DNA from: Candidatus Saccharimonadales bacterium | Lineage (GTDB): Bacteria > Patescibacteriota > Saccharimonadia > Saccharimonadales > JAYRRP01 | Direction of reading: 5' to 3' | Length of the DNA stretch: 64,000 nt | Assembly (NCBI GenBank): GCA_041910055.1 | Contig: JAYRRP010000004.1 | Span: forward strand, 154,983-218,982 | Part shown: positions 1-10,380 of the stretch, in pieces | Position numbering within the stretch: the stretch's first letter is position 1 | Layout: the number at the start of each line of letters is the position of its first letter | Notes under the pieces: generated by a model | What the model was told of the DNA's origin: nothing | Database searches by the model: none | What the model saw: only the letters and a program-made list of their open reading frames with translations | Made by a program: the position numbers and the translations under genes

Positions 1-826
1 ACGGCTTATCTTCTGGTACTAGCTGTTCCATGCGCAGGCGCACTTTGTCGAATAGTTCTTTAGTGATAATAGGCTGGTGTTTACCTTCGTAGAGTGGGCC
101 ACCGGCAGGATATGCAAAATAGCCGTAATAGAATGGGTTTGTTAGTATCCTATAAATCTGACTCAGCGATAGTTGTGCCCCAACTTTGGTTGTAAAGTCA
201 CTGCTATCGAGCCAATCCTTTATGGTTCTGCCGCTTTGATGCAGTAAACCTGAACGCTCAAACATTTCTTTAATAATTGGCGCTCGATCGGTATCAAGTA
301 CTATGTCTCTTACTCCACCAAACGCTCTGTTAACGTAGCCGATTGGGGCTGCGCCCGGCCGCCAACCCATTTCACACTTGGCCCGGATGCCTCTTTTTAC
401 ATTTATACCTCGATTATCGTTCTCTAGCTTGGCTTGTGAGCAGAGGATCATAAGTAGAAACTTCTCATTGGGAGTGTTGCTGAAGCTCTGTGAAAAGGTA
501 CGGATTTGTTGAAGCTTATTGAGATCCATAAGGTCCACTAAGGAACCCAGATCGCCTGCGTTTCTGCTCATCCTATCCGGTGCCCAGGTTAATATACCGT
601 TGTAGTCACCGTTCCTGATGTCATGGAGCAGCTGGTTGAAAACAGGTCGGCAGCCTGATTGTTTGGCTGAAAAACTTTCTTCTTTGATAGCCACAACATT
701 AAGGCCTTCACGATCTGCCATGGCTTGCATCTCTTTGATTTGGGATCCAATGGACATAGCTTGGCGCTCGTCGCTCTCTGTCGATTTGCGGGCGTACAGA
801 CAGTAATTAATCTGTTTAGATTCCAT
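1..826 (-). CDS. large serine recombinase (resolvase catalytic domain plus recombinase domain); C-terminus lies outside the window
   Basis: Absent from the ORF track because no stop codon lies inside the window. My minus-strand translation from ATG at 826 reads MESKQINYCLYARKSTESDERQ...ILTWAPDRMSRN...GWRPGAAPIGYVN...ILTNPFYYGYF. The YxRxS catalytic-Ser region and the PIGY/NPFYYG motifs parallel the recombinase at 55628. Confidence 0.85.
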   Translation of the reverse strand, partial: MESKQINYCLYARKSTESDERQAMSIGSQIKEMQAMADREGLNVVAIKEESFSAKQSGCRPVFNQLLHDIRNGDYNGILTWAPDRMSRNAGDLGSLVDLMDLNKLQQIRTFSQSFSNTPNEKFLLMILCSQAKLENDNRGINVKRGIRAKCEMGWRPGAAPIGYVNRAFGGVRDIVLDTDRAPIIKEMFERSGLLHQSGRTIKDWLDSSDFTTKVGAQLSLSQIYRILTNPFYYGYFAYPAGGPLYEGKHQPIITKELFDKVRLRMEQLVPEDKP

Positions 827-847
827 ACCAACAAGGTACCCCGTTAT

Positions 848-1114
848 GGGGAAACAGTGCTCATTTGCACTGGGTATCGGCGTAAGGGAAAGTACTTGGA
901 AGTCAGCCCGGATGCAGCCTATAAGATTAAGCAATCCGACCCTATCTATGAAGAGTTGCCCACGTGGGAAGAGGATGTATCACAGGTACAGCAGTTCGAA
1001 GATTTACCTCAAACAGCACAAGAATACATCGAATTCATAGAAGAAACCACCGATTTGCCCGTGACCATGATTGGCGTGGGACCACGACGCGACCAAGTAA
1101 TTATACGAAGCTAG
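848..1114 (+). pseudogene. purA: adenylosuccinate synthetase 3' fragment (last ~89 codons only)
   Basis: The C-terminal part of ORF 725..1114 (GETVLICTGYRRKGKYLEV...PIYEELPTWEEDVS...DLPQTAQEYIEFIEETTDLPVTMIGVGPRRDQVI) matches the conserved PurA C-terminus. Upstream of ~848 the frame is antisense to the recombinase and is not PurA-like. Confidence 0.8.
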
Positions 1115-1121
1115 CCGCCCA

Positions 1122-2612
1122 CTATCCGCGTTGAATAACCGTGACATCATGCGGCCTCGACTCATTCATCCCGGCATTTGTGACACGTACAAACCGGGTG
1201 TTAGCGCGATGGGCTTGTATATCAGCTGATCCCACATACGACATACTTTTTCGCAAAGCTTTAATAAGTTGACCCACCACATCATCGACTGGACCTTTGT
1301 ATGGCACATAGGACTCTACCCCTTCAGGTAAGGGAGTACCTTTTGATTTATCAACACCATATCGTTTCCTGGAAGCTTCACTGTCCTGCATAGCACTGGC
1401 TGAACCCATGCCGCGGTAGAGCTTCACCAGTGCACCTTTGTAACTGGTGACTTCACCAGGAGTTTCCTTTGTTCCAGCCAGTTGACTTCCCATCATCACC
1501 GATGATGCTCCGGCAGCAATTGCTAACGAGACATCACCACGGTTGACAATTCCTCCATCAGCGCAGATTGGTACCTGAGAACCTGTTATTGCCTCAACGC
1601 ATTCATAAACTGCAGAAACCTGTGGACTCCCAATACCAGTTTCAATCCTAGTTGTACAGATTGAACCAGGGCCTTGTCCTACCTTTATCCCGTCGGCACC
1701 CGCATCAGCTAACTCCTTTGCCGACTGACCACTCGAAATATTACCAACCACCACATCCAGATCAGGATAAGTATTTTTTATAAGTTTTAAGGTGTTAAGT
1801 GCAAAATCTGAATCACCCTGTGCACTATCAACTACCACCGCGTCTAAGTATCCACTCATGGCTTCGATGCGCTCAATAGCTCCTTCATCCGTCGGGACAG
1901 CAGCTGCCACAACTAGTCTACCCGCACTGTCTAAGTTGTACTGATCCGGGTTACCCGCCATTTGTCTCACCACATCAGACAGTACATACATTCCTCTTAC
2001 TGCACCATTCTCATCAATCAAAGGAAGAGTCTTTTTTTTATGGTGCTTCATCTGTTTGAAAGCACTTTCCACATCAGTATTTGCTGATCCTGTTATTATT
2101 TCTTCTGCAGGAGTCATTGTATTTTTTATTAGCACATCCCTTTTGCCCAAGCTAAAATCAAAGTCATTCTGCGTAATTAAGCCCACGAATCGGTCGTTAT
2201 CATCAACAACAGGGAAAGTACGGAAATCAAAATTACGACGGTCGCACATTTCTAACACTTCACCAAGGGTATCGGTAGGATTGACGGTGATTGGCTTTTC
2301 TATTAAACCATGTAATTCATGCTTTACTCTCCGCACCTCTTTACCTTGCTGCTCAGGGCTCAATCCAGCATGAAGCACACCAAGGCCACCTAACTTTGCC
2401 ATGGCAATAGCCATATCAGCCGTCGTCACCGTATCCATGGCAGCGCTCACGAGCGGTACGCCTAATTCGACATTCCTTGAAAATTGACTTGATAAATCTA
2501 TATCGCCAGGAGAAACCCGACTTCTGGCAGTGACAAGCCTGACGTCATCAAAAGTAAGGGCAAGACCTTGCTGTTCCGTGGTTCTAAAAAAGTCGTTGCG
2601 CTCGAGGCTCAT
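1122..2612 (-). CDS. guaB: IMP dehydrogenase with CBS pair
   Basis: Full-length similarity is recognisable ([23 protein letters not shown]-like [11 protein letters not shown], GGIxxxGD). I prefer the start MSLERN at 2612, which has a GGAGGAG SD, over the track start at 2654. Confidence 0.93.
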   Translation of the reverse strand: MSLERNDFFRTTEQQGLALTFDDVRLVTARSRVSPGDIDLSSQFSRNVELGVPLVSAAMDTVTTADMAIAMAKLGGLGVLHAGLSPEQQGKEVRRVKHELHGLIEKPITVNPTDTLGEVLEMCDRRNFDFRTFPVVDDNDRFVGLITQNDFDFSLGKRDVLIKNTMTPAEEIITGSANTDVESAFKQMKHHKKKTLPLIDENGAVRGMYVLSDVVRQMAGNPDQYNLDSAGRLVVAAAVPTDEGAIERIEAMSGYLDAVVVDSAQGDSDFALNTLKLIKNTYPDLDVVVGNISSGQSAKELADAGADGIKVGQGPGSICTTRIETGIGSPQVSAVYECVEAITGSQVPICADGGIVNRGDVSLAIAAGASSVMMGSQLAGTKETPGEVTSYKGALVKLYRGMGSASAMQDSEASRKRYGVDKSKGTPLPEGVESYVPYKGPVDDVVGQLIKALRKSMSYVGSADIQAHRANTRFVRVTNAGMNESRPHDVTVIQRG

Positions 2613-2730
2613 TCTCTTTGCTCCTCCAGATTGTAAGAAATTGTACCACATCAACTTTCAAAATAGGCAAAGCTCTTAGTTGAATATCAATAAGCTGCAA
2701 GAGACAGGTTGGTATTTACTCCCGGCAATT

Positions 2731-4941
2731 CTAGGATGGTAGCTTCATTACCTTTTCGATATTCATAGAAATGACTGCCAAGTCGCCCATATCTCCTTCG
2801 TAGGCTAGATAAGTAGATGCCCAAACCGGGTCAAACTTATTCTTAAATTGTTCTAAGCCTTGAACTGAGAAAGTACGAGGTCCCAGCATAGCAGCAATTA
2901 TCTTAAGTGCACCCTCGGTTTTTGCAAAAGGCACAAACCCCAGATCAAACTTCTCTGCATAGGGGTATTGGTTTTTTATATCTTCTATCGTTTTAAGTAA
3001 AAGAAACGGCATTGCGCCCTTGACGTCAGGCTTATGGCGTAATAAGTCCACTGTGAAAACATCAAACTGAGAAAACGCAGGCAGTCCGTTGGTGAAAGCA
3101 ACAACCCGGCCATTGGCGTCCTTTAGATAATATAGTTGGCAATTTTGTAAATAGCCACTGTCAAAATATCCCATAGCAAAACTTCGCTCAGTCCGATGGG
3201 CATGAGACAACCAAGTGTTAGATACCGTTCTTAGCTGACGCATCAATGAAAGCGAGTGAGGCGGGGAAGAAACAGCAAACTCAAAACCTGATTTGACCGC
3301 TCGGTTTGTCTGCCATCTCCACCATTTGTCCCTTTTTGTCTGGTCCAAAAAAGTTTGTGTATCAACCAAGGCGGTTGATCCAACTTGCAAAAGAGTAAAA
3401 TCTGGTGGTTTATATAAATCTCGTGATTCTTCTCTAATGGGTAGAAAACAAACCTTGTAGCGTCGCTGGTGGCACCATTGCAGGAAAGCTTTTAAAGTAG
3501 CTGCTTTTTCTTTTCCAACAGGATCAGCCAGCGCAAAAACCACTGGCCCTGCAATCTTATAGGCAATAAAAGTATCCCGGAGCGGAGACCAAAAATATTG
3601 TTTATCTGCCGGCCACAATTTAAAGTAGTCTTCATCCGAATGACTATAATTCTCTAATACACTCTTCGCATGCGCAGTTTCATTTTGAAAAGACCTGTGT
3701 GGCTTATAAGGCCTGAACAGTACCCACAAAATCGCGATCGCACTTGCTGATAAAAACACAGAAAAACTATGTGCAAGCAACACGCTCGTGACATGGGTCC
3801 TCTGCATGGGCGAACTTGTGGTTATGTAATCCACAAAGTGATCCGCTGCTCGCCACATATCGTCCGCCAGCGGCAAATCATGTGCAATAGCAAAGTAGGT
3901 AGCCGTACCAGCAATACCGAGGCCAGCAATAAGGAAATAGAGATCTTTAAGCCGGACTCTCCACGTTATTGATAAAGTACCCCTATAAAAATCTTCATAA
4001 AAGACAAATAATAGTACAAAGGTCAGCCAGTAAATCGCCAAGAAAACAATATTAATAGAAACCAGGGAATGTTTTAAAATTTCTGCACCTAAAATAACCA
4101 GCATAATCTGTCGGGCACGTAACTCCCCTCGTGCTAAGTGACGGCTGAGGTAAAGCATAGCCACACCTGAAATGATGCCATGCTGAGAGAGCCACGCCCC
4201 ATCATCTAAAAAATATAAGCCCTGCAAATGACTTAACAAGCGAATATGCGTCAAGCTAAATACAATCGCCAGTATGCCGTTCACAAACGCCCACCACGCG
4301 AATACTTTTCTCACGACTCTGGCCTCATGTTTGGCAAAAGATTCGCTGTGATATGCAAACTCCCGGCCATACCATGCTAGAGCAACAATAACTAATAATT
4401 GATAAGTCGCTTGAATCAGTCCATTAACAGGCTGATTGGCAGCCAGTTGCACCACAAGAAACATTCCATATAACAGCTGCGTACATACCAATAAAGTCGA
4501 AGCAAACTTTTGTCGATAAACTGCATCGCGTGCCGTCAAAATAAAAAAGGACAGTGCCATGGTCATCATCCCCAAGGTGTAAAGCCCATGGCCTTCAAAC
4601 GCATGTCGCTGACAAATAAGCGTAAAGGGATGGCAGGGCACAGCAGAGAGGGAACTAACCACCAAGCCAGCACCTACGATTAGCACTAGCCAATTCGTAA
4701 AGAGTTTTTCGCGCCGCTGTAGATATATTGCGAGCCAGATCAATAGGCTACCGGCCAAAAGGTAGCCGATGCGGGGTAGAGAAAGAGTTAACCAAAATTC
4801 TTGCCCGGGAAGGTTCAACCAAGCAAGTGCCCTTGATAATTGATGATTTAAATTAGGTGCCCATATCCACAATGTACCACTACATAAAAACGCCACTTGC
4901 CAGAAAATAATCTTCTGTCGGCGACTAATAGAGAAAGGCAT
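2731..4941 (-). CDS. MprF-like aminoacyl-phosphatidylglycerol synthase (polytopic N-terminal domain plus C-terminal DUF2156/LPG-synthase domain)
   Basis: 736 aa. The N-terminal ~430 aa is highly hydrophobic. The C-terminus (YFKLWPADKQYF...AMGYF...VDLLRHKPDVKGAMPFLL...FDLGFVPFA...FKNKFDPVW) resembles the MprF C-terminal synthase domain. Confidence 0.7.
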   Translation of the reverse strand: MPFSISRRQKIIFWQVAFLCSGTLWIWAPNLNHQLSRALAWLNLPGQEFWLTLSLPRIGYLLAGSLLIWLAIYLQRREKLFTNWLVLIVGAGLVVSSLSAVPCHPFTLICQRHAFEGHGLYTLGMMTMALSFFILTARDAVYRQKFASTLLVCTQLLYGMFLVVQLAANQPVNGLIQATYQLLVIVALAWYGREFAYHSESFAKHEARVVRKVFAWWAFVNGILAIVFSLTHIRLLSHLQGLYFLDDGAWLSQHGIISGVAMLYLSRHLARGELRARQIMLVILGAEILKHSLVSINIVFLAIYWLTFVLLFVFYEDFYRGTLSITWRVRLKDLYFLIAGLGIAGTATYFAIAHDLPLADDMWRAADHFVDYITTSSPMQRTHVTSVLLAHSFSVFLSASAIAILWVLFRPYKPHRSFQNETAHAKSVLENYSHSDEDYFKLWPADKQYFWSPLRDTFIAYKIAGPVVFALADPVGKEKAATLKAFLQWCHQRRYKVCFLPIREESRDLYKPPDFTLLQVGSTALVDTQTFLDQTKRDKWWRWQTNRAVKSGFEFAVSSPPHSLSLMRQLRTVSNTWLSHAHRTERSFAMGYFDSGYLQNCQLYYLKDANGRVVAFTNGLPAFSQFDVFTVDLLRHKPDVKGAMPFLLLKTIEDIKNQYPYAEKFDLGFVPFAKTEGALKIIAAMLGPRTFSVQGLEQFKNKFDPVWASTYLAYEGDMGDLAVISMNIEKVMKLPS

Positions 4942-5050
4942 GCTAAGTATTGTAACGTGGGGAACCCTGTATAGAAATCATCTAACTCGAAAACAACGTT
5001 TATGCTTTCTCTCTACATTTTGTTAAAATAGTAGGAAATAACTCTTTATT

Positions 5051-6709
5051 ATGAGTCAAGACAAAAACTTACCAGCTGAACTCGTTACCATTATCGATGG
5101 GGACATTGACTACAGCGAAGGCACACTCCACGCCTATAGCCATGATGCCAGCTTATTTGAAGTACAACCTGAGGTCGTCGTTTACCCCAAGACTATCCAG
5201 GACGTATGCAACCTAGTGCGTTATGTGAACGAGAACCGCGCACATCATCCCCAACTCTCACTTACCGCCCGCAGCGGCGGAACTGACATGAGTGGCGGCG
5301 CAATTAATGATTCTCTAATTGTTGCTTTCCAGCGCTATTTCACAAAAACAAGTAAGATCGTCAACGATGAAGTACGCGTCCAGCCTGGAGTCTATTACCA
5401 TGATTTCGAACCGCTGACGCTGGCCCACCAACTATTGTTGCCCTCATACCCAGCCTCACGCGAAATCTGTATGATCGGCGGGATGGTGGCTAACAATGCC
5501 GGGGGAGAAAAATCACTTATTTACGGAAAGACTAGCCGCTACGTCCAGGAATTGAAAATAGTTCTGCGGGATGGCCAGGAGCATACATTCCGATCCCTTT
5601 CAGCTGATGAACTTTCTCATAAGACAAAAGAAAAAACGCTTGAAGGAACCATCTACCGAGACCTATTGAACCTCATCGAACAACACAAGGATGTACTAGC
5701 TCGTACTAAACCAAAGACTACGAAGAATTCTACTGGCTATAATCTTTGGGAAGTGTGGGACGGACAACGGTTTGACATTACTAAACTAATTGTTGGTTCC
5801 CAGGGTACTTTAGGACTGTTAACGGAAGCCAAGTTTAAACTGGTCCGCGCCAAGCCTTGCACTGGTATGGTAGTAATATTTCTACCGAGTCTAGACAATC
5901 TAGGAAAGATCATTAATGCTATCCTGCCGCTTCAACCATCAAGCCTGGAATCATTTGATGAACACACTCTTAAGTTTGCCTTTCGTTTCTTTCTGAGTTT
6001 CCGTAAAACCTTAGGCTTCAAGCGCTTTGTGCTGTTGGGCCTAAGTTTTATCCCTGTACTAAGGCACTTGCTACGCTACCTGCCACGTTTGCCGAAACTT
6101 ATTATGCTTTGTGAGTTTGAGGGTGAAGCCCAAGCTGAAGTCGACCAGAAAATCGACGCTCTCCAACGCATCACTGATAGTCTCAATTTAGAAACCCAAT
6201 TGGCTGAAAATAAACACCAAGAAGAGAAATTTTGGATTATGCGGCGTGAGAGCTTCAATTTGTTACGAAAAAACGTGAAGCACAAACATACCGCTCCGTT
6301 TATTGATGACATTATTGTCCCAGTGGCAACACTTGAGGAGTTTTTGCCGAAACTTACCGAAATATTGGAAGGCTATAAATTACTCTATACCGTAGCTGGC
6401 CATATGGGAGACGGAAATTTTCACATCATTCCACTAATGGATTTAACCGATCAGAGGGAGCGTGCAAAGATTGCACCGGTACTGGAAGAAGTAATCAAGC
6501 TAGTAATCCAATATAATGGCTCTCTATCCGGTGAGCACAATGACGGTATGATTCGCGGACCCTTCCTGAATCAAATGTATGAACCAGCCATGATGGAACT
6601 TTTTAAACAAGTCAAACAAATTTTTGATCCAGACAATATATTTAATCCCCACAAAAAGGTAACTGCCAGCTGGGAGTACTCGGAGGCACATATGCGGAAA
6701 AATTTTTAA
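5051..6709 (+). CDS. FAD-binding oxidoreductase (GlcD / D-lactate dehydrogenase family)
   Basis: 552 aa. It has an FAD_binding_4-type N-terminus (ARSGGTDMSGGA, GGMVANNAGG) and an FAD-oxidase C-terminal region (GSLSGEHNDGMIR, FDPDNIFNP). Confidence 0.8.
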   Translation: MSQDKNLPAELVTIIDGDIDYSEGTLHAYSHDASLFEVQPEVVVYPKTIQDVCNLVRYVNENRAHHPQLSLTARSGGTDMSGGAINDSLIVAFQRYFTKTSKIVNDEVRVQPGVYYHDFEPLTLAHQLLLPSYPASREICMIGGMVANNAGGEKSLIYGKTSRYVQELKIVLRDGQEHTFRSLSADELSHKTKEKTLEGTIYRDLLNLIEQHKDVLARTKPKTTKNSTGYNLWEVWDGQRFDITKLIVGSQGTLGLLTEAKFKLVRAKPCTGMVVIFLPSLDNLGKIINAILPLQPSSLESFDEHTLKFAFRFFLSFRKTLGFKRFVLLGLSFIPVLRHLLRYLPRLPKLIMLCEFEGEAQAEVDQKIDALQRITDSLNLETQLAENKHQEEKFWIMRRESFNLLRKNVKHKHTAPFIDDIIVPVATLEEFLPKLTEILEGYKLLYTVAGHMGDGNFHIIPLMDLTDQRERAKIAPVLEEVIKLVIQYNGSLSGEHNDGMIRGPFLNQMYEPAMMELFKQVKQIFDPDNIFNPHKKVTASWEYSEAHMRKNF

Positions 6710-6761
6710 TTTAAGTTAAAATTAAATCAAGCATAAGCACGTAACAAATAAAGGATAAAAA

Positions 6762-7301
6762 ATGGCAAAGAAAGCATCAAAAGTAAAATTCAATCGATCA
6801 TTAAGTATCTTCGGTGTGTTACTCGGCGTAGTCTTGTTGGCCGGTGCCGTGGGTACGTGGAAAGGGCAACAATTCGCAAATTCTCAAGTAAAAAATCAGC
6901 TGGTGCAGGAAAAAATATTCTTTCCGGCCAAAGGCACATCCTCCCTTGACCCCAAAACATTCCCCGGACTCCAACAATATGCGGGCCAACAAGTAGATAG
7001 CGGCGTGAAAGCAAAGGCCTACGCCGATGAGTTCATTTGGGTACACATGATGAAAGCCTCCAGTGGTAAAACCTACGCCGAAGTAAGCACCGCTGCTATG
7101 GCCAATCCCTCCGACCAAAAACTGGCTGGCTTGAAAAATACGCTTTTCCAAGGAGACATGCTGCGATCAAGCCTGCTCACCGCCTATGCATTCTCGGTCT
7201 TCGGCACCATTGCTAGTTACGCCACCATCGGATTAGCAATAGCCGGCACCGCTATACTATTGCTTTCATTGGCATGCTTGGCAAAATCACGACGTAACTA
7301 A
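6762..7301 (+). CDS. hypothetical membrane protein (N- and C-terminal TM helices)
   Basis: 179-aa ORF preceded by an AAAGGA SD. Its stop overlaps the next start (TAATGA). I recognise no domain. Confidence 0.55.
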   Translation: MAKKASKVKFNRSLSIFGVLLGVVLLAGAVGTWKGQQFANSQVKNQLVQEKIFFPAKGTSSLDPKTFPGLQQYAGQQVDSGVKAKAYADEFIWVHMMKASSGKTYAEVSTAAMANPSDQKLAGLKNTLFQGDMLRSSLLTAYAFSVFGTIASYATIGLAIAGTAILLLSLACLAKSRRN

Positions 7302-8479
7302 TGAAGGTAGTGATCGTTGGCGGGGGTTTTGGAGGTGTGCGCACTGCGCTTAAGCTGGCCAACCGAAAAGATATAGAGATACGTCTGATTTCAAAACAAA
7401 GCTATTTTGAGTATCACGCCGCTCTATACCGTTCAGCTACTGGGCGGTCTCCTCTTGAGGTAGCCATTCCTCTCAGAGATTTCTTTTCCCGGACTTCTAA
7501 CGTTGAGTTCGTAATAGATGAAATCACTACCCTAGAACCAGACAATAAACTTATGGTCGGTACTTCTGGCAGCAAATATCACTATGATATCGCAGTTCTC
7601 GCCATTGGTTCAGTCACCCAATATTTTGGCATTCAAGGTCTCGACAAATACTCCGAAGGAATTAAGACTATTCATGAAGCCCTTGAGTTAAAACGACACC
7701 TGCATGATGATTTGTTGGCACACCACAAACCAGAGCTCAACTACGTTATTGTTGGTGCAGGCCCCTCAGGCATAGAGCTGGCAGGTGAATTACCTGCTTA
7801 TTTACATAAAATCAGGCGACGTCATAAAATCAGAGCCAAAAAGTTCAACGTCGATCTAGTTGAGGCAGGTCACCATATATTACCTTCGTTACCCGCAGAT
7901 TTTACCGACAAAATCCAAAAAAGGTTGCAGCGACTTGGCATTAATTTATTCCTAGATACAGCCGTAAAAAGTGAAAGCGCTCATCACCTTAAGCTTCCGA
8001 GAGGTTCCATTGCTACTCATACCGTAATTTGGACCGCCGGCACGACCAATAACCCTTTCTTTATGAACAACCCGGTTTTCAAACTGGGTCACGGCCAAAA
8101 AGTAGTAGTAGATGCTCAGCTTCAGGCTACGGATAACGTATTTGTAATCGGGGATGGTGCGGACACGAAATTTAGTGGGATGGCCCAGACAGCTCTTTAT
8201 GATGCTGATTTTGTAGTTGATAACATCTTACGAAAATTCAGAGACCGCCCACTAAAAGACTACACGCCCAAGCAACCTGTCTATGCGATACCCGTCGGAG
8301 TACGCTGGGCAGCTGTGAAGTGGGGCCGACTTGAAGTGTATGGAAGGATTGGTTGGATACTGAGAAGAGCAGCAGACTTACGACTCTATCTTAAATTTTT
8401 GCCGCTGCGGCAAGCTTTCGTTGTCTGGCGCTATGGCTGGGTACCGGAAGAATTTTGCCATCAGTGCAAGGTAAGTTAA
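7301..8479 (+). CDS. ndh: type II NADH dehydrogenase (NDH-2), FAD-dependent pyridine nucleotide-disulfide oxidoreductase
   Basis: Two dinucleotide-binding motifs are present: N-terminal VVIVGGGFGG and a second IVGAGPSGIELAGE. VIGDGA lies near the C-terminus. Confidence 0.85.
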   Translation: MKVVIVGGGFGGVRTALKLANRKDIEIRLISKQSYFEYHAALYRSATGRSPLEVAIPLRDFFSRTSNVEFVIDEITTLEPDNKLMVGTSGSKYHYDIAVLAIGSVTQYFGIQGLDKYSEGIKTIHEALELKRHLHDDLLAHHKPELNYVIVGAGPSGIELAGELPAYLHKIRRRHKIRAKKFNVDLVEAGHHILPSLPADFTDKIQKRLQRLGINLFLDTAVKSESAHHLKLPRGSIATHTVIWTAGTTNNPFFMNNPVFKLGHGQKVVVDAQLQATDNVFVIGDGADTKFSGMAQTALYDADFVVDNILRKFRDRPLKDYTPKQPVYAIPVGVRWAAVKWGRLEVYGRIGWILRRAADLRLYLKFLPLRQAFVVWRYGWVPEEFCHQCKVS

Positions 8480-8525
8480 CAAGAGAGCTTCTATAGGGGG
8501 CCACCTATCTGCTACAATCTAGGTA

Positions 8526-9263
8526 GTGCCTCACAAAAACAAAAAAGCCCAAAATTATTTGAATTTTTCGTTCCGGCATAGACATTTCCGGATTCTATGG
8601 GATCGTATGTTACTGTTCCGCTACAGTCGGCGCCTGCACGGCCGATTTTGGGGAGTAGCCGGTGTATTAGTATTAAGTAGTGGCATGTTTGTTTGTTTTA
8701 TTATTCGACCTGATTTGCTTCAGGTGTCAACCGCACTCAGTATGTTCGGCAATGATGTGCGGACTGCACCCTATTTTGCCGGTTCAATGTTCTTTGCGGC
8801 CTATGGATTGTGGCGTTGGCGCAATTACTTGCGACGAACCATGAAGCGGCCACACCCTTTGCTTGATCTTATTAACCTGACTATTATTGGTCTCTATCTA
8901 GTAGCGCTCATGCCGGTTGGCTGGAAGCCAGTCGCCTATCACATACATATTATAGGTATGAGTTTGGCGGGTGCCAGTATGGCTGCAGCAGTCATCACCG
9001 ACGGAATGCTCAGTAAACCACGCCGAACTATGCGAGGGCAAATCTGGCGTCTTATCCGTCTTTTATCATTTGTGCTCATCTTAAGTGGAGGTTGGCTGAC
9101 AATTGGCTCTATTGCCTCAATAGGGTGGTATAACATTGCGCTTCTGGGCGAGGTGATGATGCTCACCGGTTATGCCTTGTGGGTGTGTGTAAAAACATAC
9201 CAAGGGGAAGGCAGCCGCACGGCTTTGTCCCGTATGCTCAAAAATGTTGTTTTTATTGACTAA
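8526..9263 (+). CDS. hypothetical polytopic membrane protein
   Basis: 245-aa ORF with a GTG start and about six hydrophobic segments. No recognised domain. Confidence 0.5.
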   Translation: MPHKNKKAQNYLNFSFRHRHFRILWDRMLLFRYSRRLHGRFWGVAGVLVLSSGMFVCFIIRPDLLQVSTALSMFGNDVRTAPYFAGSMFFAAYGLWRWRNYLRRTMKRPHPLLDLINLTIIGLYLVALMPVGWKPVAYHIHIIGMSLAGASMAAAVITDGMLSKPRRTMRGQIWRLIRLLSFVLILSGGWLTIGSIASIGWYNIALLGEVMMLTGYALWVCVKTYQGEGSRTALSRMLKNVVFID

Positions 9264-9433
9264 AAAGTATGAGAGATTATTCACTCTAACTTATCTCGGC
9301 TATTACTATAATAAATCTCGACGTCTTTTTTATTTAACTATACTCTGGTAGATTCACAAATGCTTTCCGCTTTATACTACCTGCCAGTGTATAATAGCCC
9401 CATCATGCATCTACCAAATTTGGAGTCCGGCCA

Positions 9434-10366
9434 GTGGTAACCAAAACCAAGGCCAGGCCCAGGTCACGCCACATCACTACATGGCCTTTTAATTTTGTAG
9501 CAATTATCTATAACCCTAACAGTACAGGATCCAGCAACTCCAAAGCTCACCGCTTGCGTGATAAGTTGGATAAAGCACTCCCGGCGCCCGTCACTCTTTA
9601 TCAAACAAAATATCCACAGCACGCCGAAGAATTAGCTTACCAGACAGCAAAAGAATTTACTAAGCCCCTTATCATATCGGTTAGCGGTGATGGGGGTTAT
9701 AACGAAGTAATCAACGGGGCAATGCACGCTCGATCTGAAGGTTCAACTCCCATCTGTGCGGTTATGCCTGCTGGCAATGCCAATGATCACCATCGAACTC
9801 TTAGTAAGAAACCACTAAGACGGGCGATCTTAAGTCAAGCGGTACATAATATTGACCTATTAAAAGTTATTGTTGCACCTCGTCAGGGAGCTAAGACTGT
9901 ACGCTATGCTCATTCTTATGTAGGTTTGGGGTTAACCGCAAACGTGTCTTCAGAACTCAACCGTCAAGCCCTAAACCCCCTTCGTGAAATAGCTATTATA
10001 CTGCGAGCTTTATACCATTTTCGACCAGTAAGCATCGAGGCAGAAGGCGCGAACTTGAAACTAGATAGTCTGATCTTTAGTAATATTAATCAAATGGCAA
10101 AAGTGTTAACGGTTTCTAAAAACGGACACCCCCAAGATGGAATTTTTGAGTTGTCGCTTTTCCCGAGCGATAACAAAGTGCGATTAGTGGGTCGTTTACT
10201 AAAAGCAGCCACAGTTGGATTAAAGCCTAGCCGGCAAACCAGTCACTATGAATTTGCAACCACTGACAAAACTGTTCTTCATCTTGATGGCGAAGTACTC
10301 AATATCGACAAGAATTGCAACGTCACCATCACCATCGACGAAAAAGCCTTGCCGACTATTTATTAA
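9434..10366 (+). CDS. diacylglycerol/lipid kinase family protein (DAGK catalytic domain, YegS-like)
   Basis: It carries VSGDGGYNEVINGA and PAGNANDH motifs typical of the DAGK_cat family. The start is GTG. Confidence 0.75.
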   Translation: MVTKTKARPRSRHITTWPFNFVAIIYNPNSTGSSNSKAHRLRDKLDKALPAPVTLYQTKYPQHAEELAYQTAKEFTKPLIISVSGDGGYNEVINGAMHARSEGSTPICAVMPAGNANDHHRTLSKKPLRRAILSQAVHNIDLLKVIVAPRQGAKTVRYAHSYVGLGLTANVSSELNRQALNPLREIAIILRALYHFRPVSIEAEGANLKLDSLIFSNINQMAKVLTVSKNGHPQDGIFELSLFPSDNKVRLVGRLLKAATVGLKPSRQTSHYEFATTDKTVLHLDGEVLNIDKNCNVTITIDEKALPTIY

Positions 10367-10380
10367 TAGTTCCGATAAAA

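Noticed and set aside
589-834. Track ORF (81 aa, minus strand) and the N-terminal third of ORF 725..1114 (plus strand)
   Set aside because: Both overlap the true recombinase frame, which starts at ATG 826 on the minus strand in a different frame. Neither has recognisable similarity. Only the part of 725..1114 from ~848 onward is PurA-like.
2056-2373. 105-aa plus-strand ORF inside guaB
   Set aside because: It is antisense to a highly conserved gene. It is Ser/Leu-rich with low-complexity composition and has no SD.
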